NCBI GenBank assembly: GCA_001792345.1
Contig: MGGJ01000013.1
Location: forward strand, 21,371 to 85,370
Length of the DNA stretch: 64,000 nt
Reading direction: 5' to 3'
DNA from: Candidatus Woesebacteria bacterium RIFCSPHIGHO2_01_FULL_39_32
GTDB taxonomy: Bacteria > Patescibacteriota > Microgenomatia > UBA8517
Positions 1-8,607 of this stretch are shown piece by piece. Made by a program: the position numbers and the translations under genes. Below the pieces are notes generated by a model. The model was given only the letters and a program-made list of their open reading frames with translations. It did not search any database and had not been told where the DNA came from. Each line of letters opens with the position of its first letter. Within the stretch, counting starts at the first letter, position 1.

Positions 1-27
1 GTTAGCGTTGGAGGTAAAAAGGGCGAC

Positions 28-1557
28 TTGTCACAAACGGAAGCAATTAAGATTACTGAAGAAACTTTAGATCAAATAAAAACAAAGGATTCAATTGTTA
101 AGGTAGCTGGAGACATGAATGCGCTAATCCGATTCTTGAACTGGTTCCCCTTGATAAAAAGTGAGGAAAATTTTAGTTTAGGGACAGGATGGAGATATGC
201 AGCAGTTTGTGACACAACCAATGCACTACTCAATGAATTATCTGACGGAACATCATTTTTAGAAGGTTTTTCTGATATTTTTGTAGACTCTTTATTACCA
301 CAAATCAGACAGCTTGATGCAACATCTGCTAAGGGTAGATTTCAAATTCAACTTATTGAAGAAGGCAAATTGTCACCAGAAATATATGATTTAATCCAGA
401 AAAGAGGATCAGAAATAGTAGAAAGAACCTCTGTTGGACTTGTAAATCTGAAAGTAGAGGAAGCAGTAGTTGATCTAAATGAAACTAGACCCAGAGTATT
501 AGTTGGGGGTAAAGCTGCCGGTTTAAGTGAAGCAGTAAAAATATTCGGTAAAGAAAACACCCTCCCTGGATTAACTATTACAACTGAATGGATAAACGAG
601 GTGCTTTTCCAAGACGAAGAGATTAAAACCCTAATTAGTATCTTCGAAAATACAAGTAATATAGGCGAGAAATTTATCCTTGCAAGGGAAATCAGAGATA
701 GGATACATAATTTGAGATTTGTCGACCTGATATCTATACCAACTCATAATAGATATGCCATCAGATCTTCGTCTTATGATGAAGATACCACAAATAATGG
801 TACAGCAGCAGGAGTTTATGAAAGTGTGATTGACGTCGAGGCAACAGGAGTTGAAGCTGCAGTGAAAACTGTTGTCGCATCATTTTTTTCAGAAAAAGCA
901 ATTAGTTTTAGAACCTTACACGGTTTTAGCGACAAACCATCTATGGCAGTAGTAATTAGTCCACTTATCGAAGGAAAGGGCGGAGTTATTATTACCTCAG
1001 GAAACGTAAAAGATTGGGAGCTTTCAGTCGGAAAATCGGCTCAGCATGTTGTTAAAGACGGGGAAACAGGCTTCGACTCTTATAGAAGCATTGATGGAGC
1101 TTTAAAGTATAGATCCGATAATAAAATACTTAAACAAAATGAGGTGCTTATGATTGCTGAGGCGGCCCTTAAAGCAGAACGATTGCTAAAAACCCCCGTA
1201 GATATCGAGTTTGTATTCGATAAGGGGAAGCTGTTAATTCTACAATTAAGGTCTGCATCAAACCAAGGTGATACACAAGCTTATTCATCTGAAAGTACAA
1301 ATGAGATGGAAACAACTACGACTTTACAAGTAGACGATCTTGCAACTCTTTATTCGCTTGGCCAATCGCAGACTAATTTCAAGCTGAGGGTTGGAAAGGA
1401 TATCGACATAGGTCAATTCCAGGGTGAACTGTTAAGATTTCTGGTGGTAAATAGAAACCGTTTAAGGGGGTTAATACTAGAAAGAAGAATACCAAGAACT
1501 AGTCATTTAGCAAATATTTGTGCTAACTTAGGAATTAAAATCGAATTCACGGACTAA
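28..1557 (+). CDS. PEP-utilising enzyme-like protein with an N-terminal PEP/pyruvate-binding (PPDK_N-type) domain
   Basis: Motif VLVGGKAAGLSE resembles the GGKxxxL nucleotide-binding loop of PEP synthase/PPDK N-domains. ORF track 509 aa. Start at window edge is plausible. Confidence 0.5.
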   Translation: MSQTEAIKITEETLDQIKTKDSIVKVAGDMNALIRFLNWFPLIKSEENFSLGTGWRYAAVCDTTNALLNELSDGTSFLEGFSDIFVDSLLPQIRQLDATSAKGRFQIQLIEEGKLSPEIYDLIQKRGSEIVERTSVGLVNLKVEEAVVDLNETRPRVLVGGKAAGLSEAVKIFGKENTLPGLTITTEWINEVLFQDEEIKTLISIFENTSNIGEKFILAREIRDRIHNLRFVDLISIPTHNRYAIRSSSYDEDTTNNGTAAGVYESVIDVEATGVEAAVKTVVASFFSEKAISFRTLHGFSDKPSMAVVISPLIEGKGGVIITSGNVKDWELSVGKSAQHVVKDGETGFDSYRSIDGALKYRSDNKILKQNEVLMIAEAALKAERLLKTPVDIEFVFDKGKLLILQLRSASNQGDTQAYSSESTNEMETTTTLQVDDLATLYSLGQSQTNFKLRVGKDIDIGQFQGELLRFLVVNRNRLRGLILERRIPRTSHLANICANLGIKIEFTD

Positions 1558-2312
1558 TGAACAAAAGAGAATTAGTATTGCTTAAAAAAATTAGTAAAGA
1601 GGCTGTAAGACTAGACTGGGAAAAGGCTTTTAATGGAAAAGCAAAAGGGAACAAGCATCTTTTTAGAGTAAATAAAATTGCAAAGTTTCTTCAAAAAAGG
1701 GAGGGTGGAAACTTATTTTTAATTCTTACTTCAGCCTGGGTACACGACGTCTCTTTAGCGTATGATTGTAACGAATCAGAAAAAAATATAAACAAAAATA
1801 CAAGGCAATTTCTAAGTCAGTTTAACTTACTACCAAATGAAATTAATAAAATAGCCCAATATTCATCTTCACATGAGTCGGGGAGAAAAAATATTCCAAT
1901 AGAGGCCAAGATTGTTCATGATTCTGATGTAATAGATAAAGGTGGAATATTGGGAATCATAAGACATGTCTGGAAAATGACCAATTTACTGGAAAAAAGA
2001 ATATTATCTAATAAGGAAGACCTGGCACAAGTAAAGAAACATCTAAAGGAAAGGGAAAGGAAGGTTTTCACAAAGACATCTAAAAAAATAGTAAAACGAC
2101 TGAATAAAAAAAGAGACGAATTCTTTACTAATGAAGATCGTGCAATTGAGTTGATGAACCAAATATCAATTAAAGCAAATAAGGGTATAAATTCCGACAA
2201 GATTGCCCTCTTCTTGATTAAAACTGAAAAAATATATATTTCTGAAATACTAAGAAATCAACTCGACTGCTCTTATCTAAATCTAAGAATAAAGGAAAAT
2301 TATAAGGAGTAA
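1557..2312 (+). CDS. HD-domain phosphohydrolase
   Basis: H..HD...D motifs (AWVHDVS, HDSDVIDKGG). ATGA overlap with the upstream stop. Confidence 0.55.
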   Translation: MNKRELVLLKKISKEAVRLDWEKAFNGKAKGNKHLFRVNKIAKFLQKREGGNLFLILTSAWVHDVSLAYDCNESEKNINKNTRQFLSQFNLLPNEINKIAQYSSSHESGRKNIPIEAKIVHDSDVIDKGGILGIIRHVWKMTNLLEKRILSNKEDLAQVKKHLKERERKVFTKTSKKIVKRLNKKRDEFFTNEDRAIELMNQISIKANKGINSDKIALFLIKTEKIYISEILRNQLDCSYLNLRIKENYKE

Positions 2313-2401
2313 AAAGTATCAGAGATGAAAAAACTTGTTAAGCCAACTTTGTGTGAAAGATCCCGACGGAGAAATAAAAGAATTTTAAAACTTTTAGAAT
2401 A

Positions 2402-2974
2402 ATGGATAAAGACAGAAAAAATAAATACCAGATACTTATTGATGAACAACATACCAGATGGAAGACGGGTAAACAAGAAGATGGAGAAATAGAGCTTTGG
2501 AAACAATCTTTTGAAGAAAAACCAGCACTTCCGGACCCAAAGGATATGTTTGAAATAGAGATTTCAGACAAAGAAACTCTTCAAAAGATAGGAGTTCCTG
2601 AAGATAGAAAATCCTTATTTATCGAAAGAGAAATAATATTAGATAGCGACCTCGGTGATGAGGTGCTTATAGAAAGAATATATACCTCAAACGCACAAGA
2701 GGAAAAACAAGCAGCATCATATTTAATAATTACTCCGACTGGCGAGACTTTCGGTGACAAATCTATATATAGGTATAACTTATCTACACCCAATCCCAAG
2801 CAAGGATTATCTGGTTTGCTAATTATAAGTAATGTAAGAAGTTTACTCGAAACGCCAATCCCCATAACCCATTCAGAATGGAATCAAGGAAACAGTTTCG
2901 CCGGTCTTTCTAAAAGTGAAGTCAATAAAGCTTTGAGAAACGTAATTGAGTTTAGAGATCGAACAAAGAACTAA
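2402..2974 (+). CDS. hypothetical protein
   Basis: 190-aa ORF with no recognisable motif. Flanked by duplicated copies of the HD-gene 3' end. Confidence 0.35.
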   Translation: MDKDRKNKYQILIDEQHTRWKTGKQEDGEIELWKQSFEEKPALPDPKDMFEIEISDKETLQKIGVPEDRKSLFIEREIILDSDLGDEVLIERIYTSNAQEEKQAASYLIITPTGETFGDKSIYRYNLSTPNPKQGLSGLLIISNVRSLLETPIPITHSEWNQGNSFAGLSKSEVNKALRNVIEFRDRTKN

Positions 2975-2981
2975 TGAACCT

Positions 2982-3110
2982 GATTTCAATAAAAGCAAAT
3001 AAGGATATTAATTCCGACAAGATTGCTTTAATATTGGTTAAAAAAGATAAAACTCCTTTCCCAAAAGCTTTTCTTGAACAACTCCGGTGTAAATATTTAT
3101 AATAGAGTAT
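2982..3110 (+). repeat. degenerate duplicate of the 3' end of the HD-domain gene (partner copy at 2150-2290)
   Basis: About 55 nt at ~85% identity (atgaacc[a/t]gat[a/t]tcaat[t/a]aaagcaaataagg[g/a]tat[a/t]aattccgacaagattgc), then protein-level similarity (MNQISIKANKGINSDKIAL.. versus MNLISIKANKDINSDKIAL..). Confidence 0.6.
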
Positions 3111-3144
3111 TGAGTGAATCTTTAAGTATTGCTAATAAGAATAT

Positions 3145-3173
3145 TTGACAAATGATTAAACCTCCTATAATAT
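3145..3173 (+). promoter_or_regulatory. sigma70-like promoter (TTGACA ... TATAAT/TAATAT)
   Basis: ttgaca at 3145-3150 and tataat at 3166-3171 (15-nt spacer), or alternatively taatat at 3168-3173 (17-nt spacer). Confidence 0.45.
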
Positions 3174-3187
3174 TGCAAATTGCTGTT

Positions 3188-3229
3188 ATGACTACTGGCT
3201 ATTACTATTACTTTAGCCCAAGTTTTTAA
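3188..3229 (+). CDS. leader peptide MTTGYYYYFSPSF (4 tandem Tyr codons)
   Basis: atg act act ggc tat tac tat tac ttt agc cca agt ttt taa. The stop codon lies 5 nt before the terminator stem. It sits between the promoter and the decarboxylase-tyrS operon. Confidence 0.5.
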   Translation: MTTGYYYYFSPSF

Positions 3230-3233
3230 AAGC

Positions 3234-3258
3234 AACGCGCCTTTGAGCGCGTTTTTTT
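3234..3258 (+). terminator. intrinsic terminator / attenuator hairpin
   Basis: aacgcgc-ctttga-gcgcgtt followed by a T7 tract, 16 nt upstream of the decarboxylase ATG. Confidence 0.6.
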
Positions 3259-3274
3259 ATGCAAAAAAAATAAG

Positions 3275-4780
3275 ATGATTGAAGAAAGACAAATACTAAC
3301 AACAGATTTAGAACGAGTAAAAGACTTCTTTGTCGATCCAAGAAACCCACAATCAGCAGAAGATCTTGTTCAAATCGGGGGAGATGCAATACGTGTGATG
3401 GCCCAAATTTATTCCACGGCGGGACAGATTGAGTCAATGCCGCCAAAATTCAGGGATTGGTTGCAAGGCATAAAACCTGGAATGTCGGAACTTGAATCAG
3501 TAACAGGGGAAGTCCTAAGAATGGAAGCAAAAACCCGAAGGTTCGATGAAATGTTCATGGGTCAAATTCATCCACAAGGTAGCAAAATCGGAATAATTTC
3601 TAACTTAGTCGCTGCCTATATGAATAACAATCTAATAGTCGAAGATGTCTCTCAATCTGAAAGAGTAATGGAAAGAGAATCTATTAGATGGCTTGCAGAA
3701 ATTTTGGGATATGAGACCGATTTGGCAGGTGGAAATATCGTTACTGGAGGTACTGAAGCTAATGAAATTGCCCTTATGGTTGCTAGGGAAAAGCTATTGG
3801 ACTCAATGGGTTTGAAGAATCCCCTAAAGAGAGTTAAGAATCCTGTGCAGATGTATGTTTTGACTTCAAGGTGGAAACATTATTCGATAAGTAAAAAATG
3901 TGATGAATTAGGTATTGGTCTTCTGGAAATGCCATCTGATGACTTTAAGATTAATGTTCGCGCAACAGAAAAAGCGGTGAGGAAATTGAGAGAGAGAGGT
4001 AAGCATGTTGTTGCAATAGTCGGGTTAGCCGGCGAAACAGAGACTGGAGCCATTGAAGATCTTGAGGGACTTGCCGAAGTTGCGCATAATACTGATATTT
4101 ATTTCCATGTTGATGCAGCATATGGCGGACCTTTTGTGTTATCTAGAAGAAAAGATCTGTTCAAGGGAATTGAGTACGCAGACTCGGTCACAATAGATCC
4201 ACATAAAATGCTCTACACACCTTATCCTGCAGGAGCAATAGTGTTTAGAAACGCCAGCGATCAAGACTATCTCCACACAGATACTAGATATTTGGGGGCC
4301 GTGGCCTCAACATCCTCTGGATCTAGAAGTACTGCTGGCACAATATCCACTTACGCAACAATTAAACTTCTTGGAAATGATGGTATAGCAACCTTGTTAA
4401 ACCACACACTTGATTTAGTGGAAACAGCATATCATTACGTGGAAGATTCTAGAGTACTTAGAGCTCTACATGAACCGGAACTCAACACTATGTTAATAGG
4501 CCTAACTGATGATGTTAAAACAAGAGCGGCTCAAAGAGGAATTGACGGAAAAGCATACGATGACATGATTTGCGCAGTAATAAGACAAATTGACAATCAT
4601 CGATCTAGAAATCCTTACGTCTCAAACAATAGCGATGTAGATCCTGAAAAACGTTTTGGTAGGATCGGTAAACGAAGTGTTTTTAGATTTATAGCTGTTC
4701 ACCCTTATACAACTCATGAAGATGTCAGAACTACTCTTCAAAGAGTCGAAGAGACAGTTAGTGAAAAAATAGGGCTATAA
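3275..4780 (+). CDS. PLP-dependent group II amino-acid decarboxylase (tyrosine/aromatic decarboxylase-like)
   Basis: SVTIDPHKMLYTPYPAGAI contains the PLP-lysine motif of group II decarboxylases. Confidence 0.8.
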   Translation: MIEERQILTTDLERVKDFFVDPRNPQSAEDLVQIGGDAIRVMAQIYSTAGQIESMPPKFRDWLQGIKPGMSELESVTGEVLRMEAKTRRFDEMFMGQIHPQGSKIGIISNLVAAYMNNNLIVEDVSQSERVMERESIRWLAEILGYETDLAGGNIVTGGTEANEIALMVAREKLLDSMGLKNPLKRVKNPVQMYVLTSRWKHYSISKKCDELGIGLLEMPSDDFKINVRATEKAVRKLRERGKHVVAIVGLAGETETGAIEDLEGLAEVAHNTDIYFHVDAAYGGPFVLSRRKDLFKGIEYADSVTIDPHKMLYTPYPAGAIVFRNASDQDYLHTDTRYLGAVASTSSGSRSTAGTISTYATIKLLGNDGIATLLNHTLDLVETAYHYVEDSRVLRALHEPELNTMLIGLTDDVKTRAAQRGIDGKAYDDMICAVIRQIDNHRSRNPYVSNNSDVDPEKRFGRIGKRSVFRFIAVHPYTTHEDVRTTLQRVEETVSEKIGL

Positions 4781-4795
4781 TCTTTTAAATTAAAT

Positions 4796-5908
4796 ATGCC
4801 TGAGAAAGACATACAATTATTAACTTCCGAAATGATCGCTATTCCTTCTTTGACGACCGATCAAGAAGCTTGCCTTAAGGTACTCGATTATATTTCTTCG
4901 TACCTAGGAAAAGTACATGCAGAAACTTACTTGCATACCGGAGTGTATTCACGCATTTGGGGTGACAACAATACACTTATGAACCCAAGACTTCTTCTTT
5001 CTGGGCATATAGATGTTGTCGACGTAGAGGGTGATGACACTTTATTCCACTCCAAAGAGGAAGCTGGAAAATTGTATGGTAGGGGTGCGGGAGACATGAA
5101 GGGACATGTTGCCTCGATGCTTTACTCTTATAAAAAATGGCTAGAAGAAGGAGGGCCTAGAGGAGTAGGTTTGCTTTTAACTTCAGATGAAGAAATGGGC
5201 GGCTTTAACGGTACGCGGTATGTTGTGGAACAAGGTTTAAAACCCAAAGTTGTATTTATTCCTGATGGAACTCTTGATTTTTCTATTGTCAAATCGCAAA
5301 AAGCGCCCCATCACTTTGTAGTCGAAATTCAAGGACAAGGCGGACACGCTGCAGATTCGTATAAAATTAAGGATCCCATCGATAGCCTAATCGCTTTTTA
5401 TTTACGAGTTCAAGAAAAGTACGATATTGCAACTCCAGAAAACGGTTGGGCTTCAACTTTCAAAATGACCGTTGTAAACACTCCAAACCAATCAAAGAAT
5501 AAAATTCCAGATAGAGTAACGGCAGCTTTTAGTTGGAGGTGGCCACCGGAACAAATCCTTTTTGAGGAAGGTAGGGATGAAATTACCAACTTAGCTAAAC
5601 AATATGGGGTAAAAATCCTTGAAGAGGAAGGTGGAGGTGAAGGATGTATTCTTAACGAAAATGCGGAATTTGTAACTCAATGGAAAACAATTATTGAAGA
5701 AATTATAGGTCGTGGTGTAAAATTCGTCAACATGCATGGTACCACAGATGGCCGACACTTCTATAACAGCAAAGTCGCCGGGACTAAAAATGTACTTGTC
5801 ACCTCAGCAATCTCGGGAGATCACCACCAAAAAGGCGAGTGGGTAGACATTCAAAGTTTGAATCAGTTATCTGGAGCTATTAGTAGGTATATGCGCATTA
5901 GTGAATAA
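4796..5908 (+). CDS. M20 family metallopeptidase (ArgE/DapE/carboxypeptidase-like)
   Basis: Metal-binding motifs LSGHIDVVD and GRGAGDMKG. Confidence 0.75.
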   Translation: MPEKDIQLLTSEMIAIPSLTTDQEACLKVLDYISSYLGKVHAETYLHTGVYSRIWGDNNTLMNPRLLLSGHIDVVDVEGDDTLFHSKEEAGKLYGRGAGDMKGHVASMLYSYKKWLEEGGPRGVGLLLTSDEEMGGFNGTRYVVEQGLKPKVVFIPDGTLDFSIVKSQKAPHHFVVEIQGQGGHAADSYKIKDPIDSLIAFYLRVQEKYDIATPENGWASTFKMTVVNTPNQSKNKIPDRVTAAFSWRWPPEQILFEEGRDEITNLAKQYGVKILEEEGGGEGCILNENAEFVTQWKTIIEEIIGRGVKFVNMHGTTDGRHFYNSKVAGTKNVLVTSAISGDHHQKGEWVDIQSLNQLSGAISRYMRISE

Positions 5909-5910
5909 AT

Positions 5911-7179
5911 ATGTCTTTAGAGCACCATCTTGATCAATTAATAAGTCGAGAACAAGAGCCTGTAACTATTGATGAAACGTTGCGTCGAGGTGTCGAGATA
6001 ATTTTACCTGATCGAAGTAGTCTACAAAGCGAGATGGAACAAAGAAAGGTACGGTTGTATTTAGGAATTGATGCAACCAGCCCAAATCTTCATATAGGTC
6101 ATACAGTCCCACTTCGCAAATTAAGACAGTTTCAAGACTTAGGCCACGAGGTAATATTTCTTTTCGGGGGATTTACTTCCTTGATTGGAGATCCATCAGA
6201 TAAGTCGGCTACTAGGCAAAGATTAACTCCAGAACAGGTTGAATATAATATGGCGACCTATGTTGATCAGGCAGCGAGGATACTTGATTTTTCTCCCAAT
6301 TCACCAAATCCAATTAAAATTATGAATAATGCCGAATGGCTTTCGAAACTTACTCTTGCAGAAGTAATAGATATTCAAGCCAATTTTACAGTGCAGCAAA
6401 TGTTAGAACGAAATATGTTTCAAGAACGAGTGCAAGCAGGAAAACCAATCTGGCTTCAAGAGTTTTCTTATCCATGGATGCAAGGTTGGGATGCTGTTGC
6501 TATGAATGTTGATATAGAAGTTGGAGGTAAAGATCAGCTTTTCAATATGCTTGTTGGCCAAACACTTGTCAGAAGATATAAAGATCACGAAAAATGGGTA
6601 ATAGGCACAAAGCTAATAGAGGATCCAAGCGGCAAGAAAATGGGCAAGACTGAAGGAAATATTGTTAATATACTCGATTGGCCGGAGGTCAAATACGAAG
6701 GAGTCATGGCATGGCCGGATACTGCAATTGGCGTAGGTTTCGAATTAATCACTTCTGTACCAATGGAAGCAGTTTACCAAATACAAGAGGAGGTTTTACC
6801 TCAAACACTTGAGGGAACTAGTGGTATTCACCCCATGGAATTAAAGGAAGCATTAGCGTTTAGGATGGTATTAGAATTAGATGGCGAAGATGCTGCCGTT
6901 TATGCACGAGAAGAATTTGATAGAGTGAAAAGACAAAGACTACTTCCTAGACGAATCCAAGAAATCAACGTTCACGCTGATTCGAGCTTTTTACAAATAT
7001 TAGTTGATTCAAACTTAGCTCCAAACGAAACCGAAGCGCAAAGATTGATTGCATCTGGTGCTATTTATATTGACGGCAAGAAAGAGACAAAAAACAGAAA
7101 TTGGGGAAAAAGCGATGGAACTATTCAAATCGGTACTAAGACAATAAGAAATGTAAGGAGAATCGTTCTACAAGTCTAA
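5911..7179 (+). CDS. tyrS: tyrosyl-tRNA synthetase
   Basis: HIGH motif (NLHIGH), GDPSDK, KMGKTEGN (KMSKS) and a C-terminal S4 domain. Confidence 0.9.
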   Translation: MSLEHHLDQLISREQEPVTIDETLRRGVEIILPDRSSLQSEMEQRKVRLYLGIDATSPNLHIGHTVPLRKLRQFQDLGHEVIFLFGGFTSLIGDPSDKSATRQRLTPEQVEYNMATYVDQAARILDFSPNSPNPIKIMNNAEWLSKLTLAEVIDIQANFTVQQMLERNMFQERVQAGKPIWLQEFSYPWMQGWDAVAMNVDIEVGGKDQLFNMLVGQTLVRRYKDHEKWVIGTKLIEDPSGKKMGKTEGNIVNILDWPEVKYEGVMAWPDTAIGVGFELITSVPMEAVYQIQEEVLPQTLEGTSGIHPMELKEALAFRMVLELDGEDAAVYAREEFDRVKRQRLLPRRIQEINVHADSSFLQILVDSNLAPNETEAQRLIASGAIYIDGKKETKNRNWGKSDGTIQIGTKTIRNVRRIVLQV

Positions 7180-7265
7180 TAAACTACTTCAAAATTAATA
7201 GTAGAATAATTTTATGCTTTGACGCTACGACACTTCTAGACTAAAATATTGATTGAAAGGCTAAA

Positions 7266-8438
7266 ATGCGAAATTTATCCATTGAAGAGGTTCTCACGAG
7301 GGGAGTATCTGATATTTTACCAACTAAAGGGGGCCTCGAAAACTTAATGAAAAGAAGGAAAATAACCCTCTATCAGGGTTTTGACCCTTCTATGCCTAGT
7401 CTTCACTTGGGTAATTATGTTGGAGTACTTAAACTCAGTCAATTTCAGAGGTTGGGTCACAAAGTCATATTTCTTGTAGGGGACTTTACTGGAATGATCG
7501 GAGATCCCAGTGATAAACTGTCCAGTAGAAAACAGCTAACTCGCGAGCAAGTTCTAGATAATGCCAAAAGTTGGAAAAAGCAAATCGAAAACATTCTTGA
7601 CTTTGAAGGAGAAAACAAAACACAAATTCTCTACAATTCAGAATGGAGCGACAAAATTTCTTTTAAGGATTTATTAGAAATAACTTCAAATTTTACCGTT
7701 CAGCAAATGATTGAGCGCGATATGTTCCAAGAGCGCCTCAAATTACAAAAACCAATTCGCCTTCATGAATTTTTATATCCTGTTGCTCAAGGGTACGACT
7801 CTGTCGCTATGGATGTTGACTTGGAAATAGGCGGTAGTGACCAAATATTTAATATGCTTGCGGGAAGAACTTTAATGAAAGCGATAAAAGAAAAGGAAAA
7901 ATATGTCTTGGCTACTAAATTATTGGTCGACAAAGAAGGGAAAAAGGTGGGAAAGACTACGGGGAATGCTTTGTTCTTAGATTCATCACCTGAAAATTTT
8001 TTTGCAGGGATAATGTCTTTTCCAGACGACGTAATTGAACTTAGTTTCGAACTATTAACAGAAATTCTCCTTCGGGGATTGAGTATGAAAATTAAGAAAA
8101 ACCCCTTAGACCAAAAAAAGAGATTAGCATATGAAGTAGTTAAAATTATTTGGGGCGAAACGGAAGCCAAAAAATCACAAGAACATTTTGAAAAGACTTT
8201 TCAGAAAGGAGAAACACCAAGCGAGATAAAGCCTTTGGAAATTAGTGTCAGTGAAAACATTACTGTTACAGATGCCGTTGCCCTAGAAGTAGGGAGCAAA
8301 TCTGAGGCCAAACGACTTTTGGAGCAGAGGGCCATAGAAGTTGATGGAAAAGTAGTTGAAAATCCTAAGGCTGAACTAGTGGATGGAGAAGTTCTGAAAA
8401 TCGGAAAGAAAAAATTCGTAAAAGTTGTCATAAAATGA
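7266..8438 (+). CDS. tyrosyl-tRNA synthetase paralog (HIGH motif altered to HLGN)
   Basis: SLHLGNYVG, IGDPSDK, KVGKTTGN and a C-terminal S4 domain. Tandem to tyrS. A TTGACG-17-TAAAAT promoter-like element lies at 7222-7250. Confidence 0.8.
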   Translation: MRNLSIEEVLTRGVSDILPTKGGLENLMKRRKITLYQGFDPSMPSLHLGNYVGVLKLSQFQRLGHKVIFLVGDFTGMIGDPSDKLSSRKQLTREQVLDNAKSWKKQIENILDFEGENKTQILYNSEWSDKISFKDLLEITSNFTVQQMIERDMFQERLKLQKPIRLHEFLYPVAQGYDSVAMDVDLEIGGSDQIFNMLAGRTLMKAIKEKEKYVLATKLLVDKEGKKVGKTTGNALFLDSSPENFFAGIMSFPDDVIELSFELLTEILLRGLSMKIKKNPLDQKKRLAYEVVKIIWGETEAKKSQEHFEKTFQKGETPSEIKPLEISVSENITVTDAVALEVGSKSEAKRLLEQRAIEVDGKVVENPKAELVDGEVLKIGKKKFVKVVIK

Positions 8439-8607
8439 AAATAAGATTTATCAAAGACAAGAAGAAAGCGTTATTTACTTTAATTTTGGTTCTATCAACC
8501 TTAGGACTTTTGTTGACAACCTTTTTACCACTTCTGTCTCCTTTACTATTCGGATAGGTACCTGCGGGGACAGTCTTCGCAAGTTGTAATATAATGCAAT
8601 TAATAAT

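Noticed and set aside
348-560. Numerous 60-130-aa ORFs in the track lying antisense inside confident genes (e.g. 348-560, 1916-2200, 7787-8170, 9635-9907, 37944-38240, 43046-43528, 57552-57956)
   Set aside because: They are fully embedded antisense to well-supported genes, have low-complexity composition and no motifs. Treated as frame shadows.
7266-8438. Second aaRS as tryptophanyl-tRNA synthetase (because of the HLGN motif)
   Set aside because: It retains the GDPSDK motif, TyrRS-like KMSKS context and a C-terminal S4 domain that TrpRS lacks.
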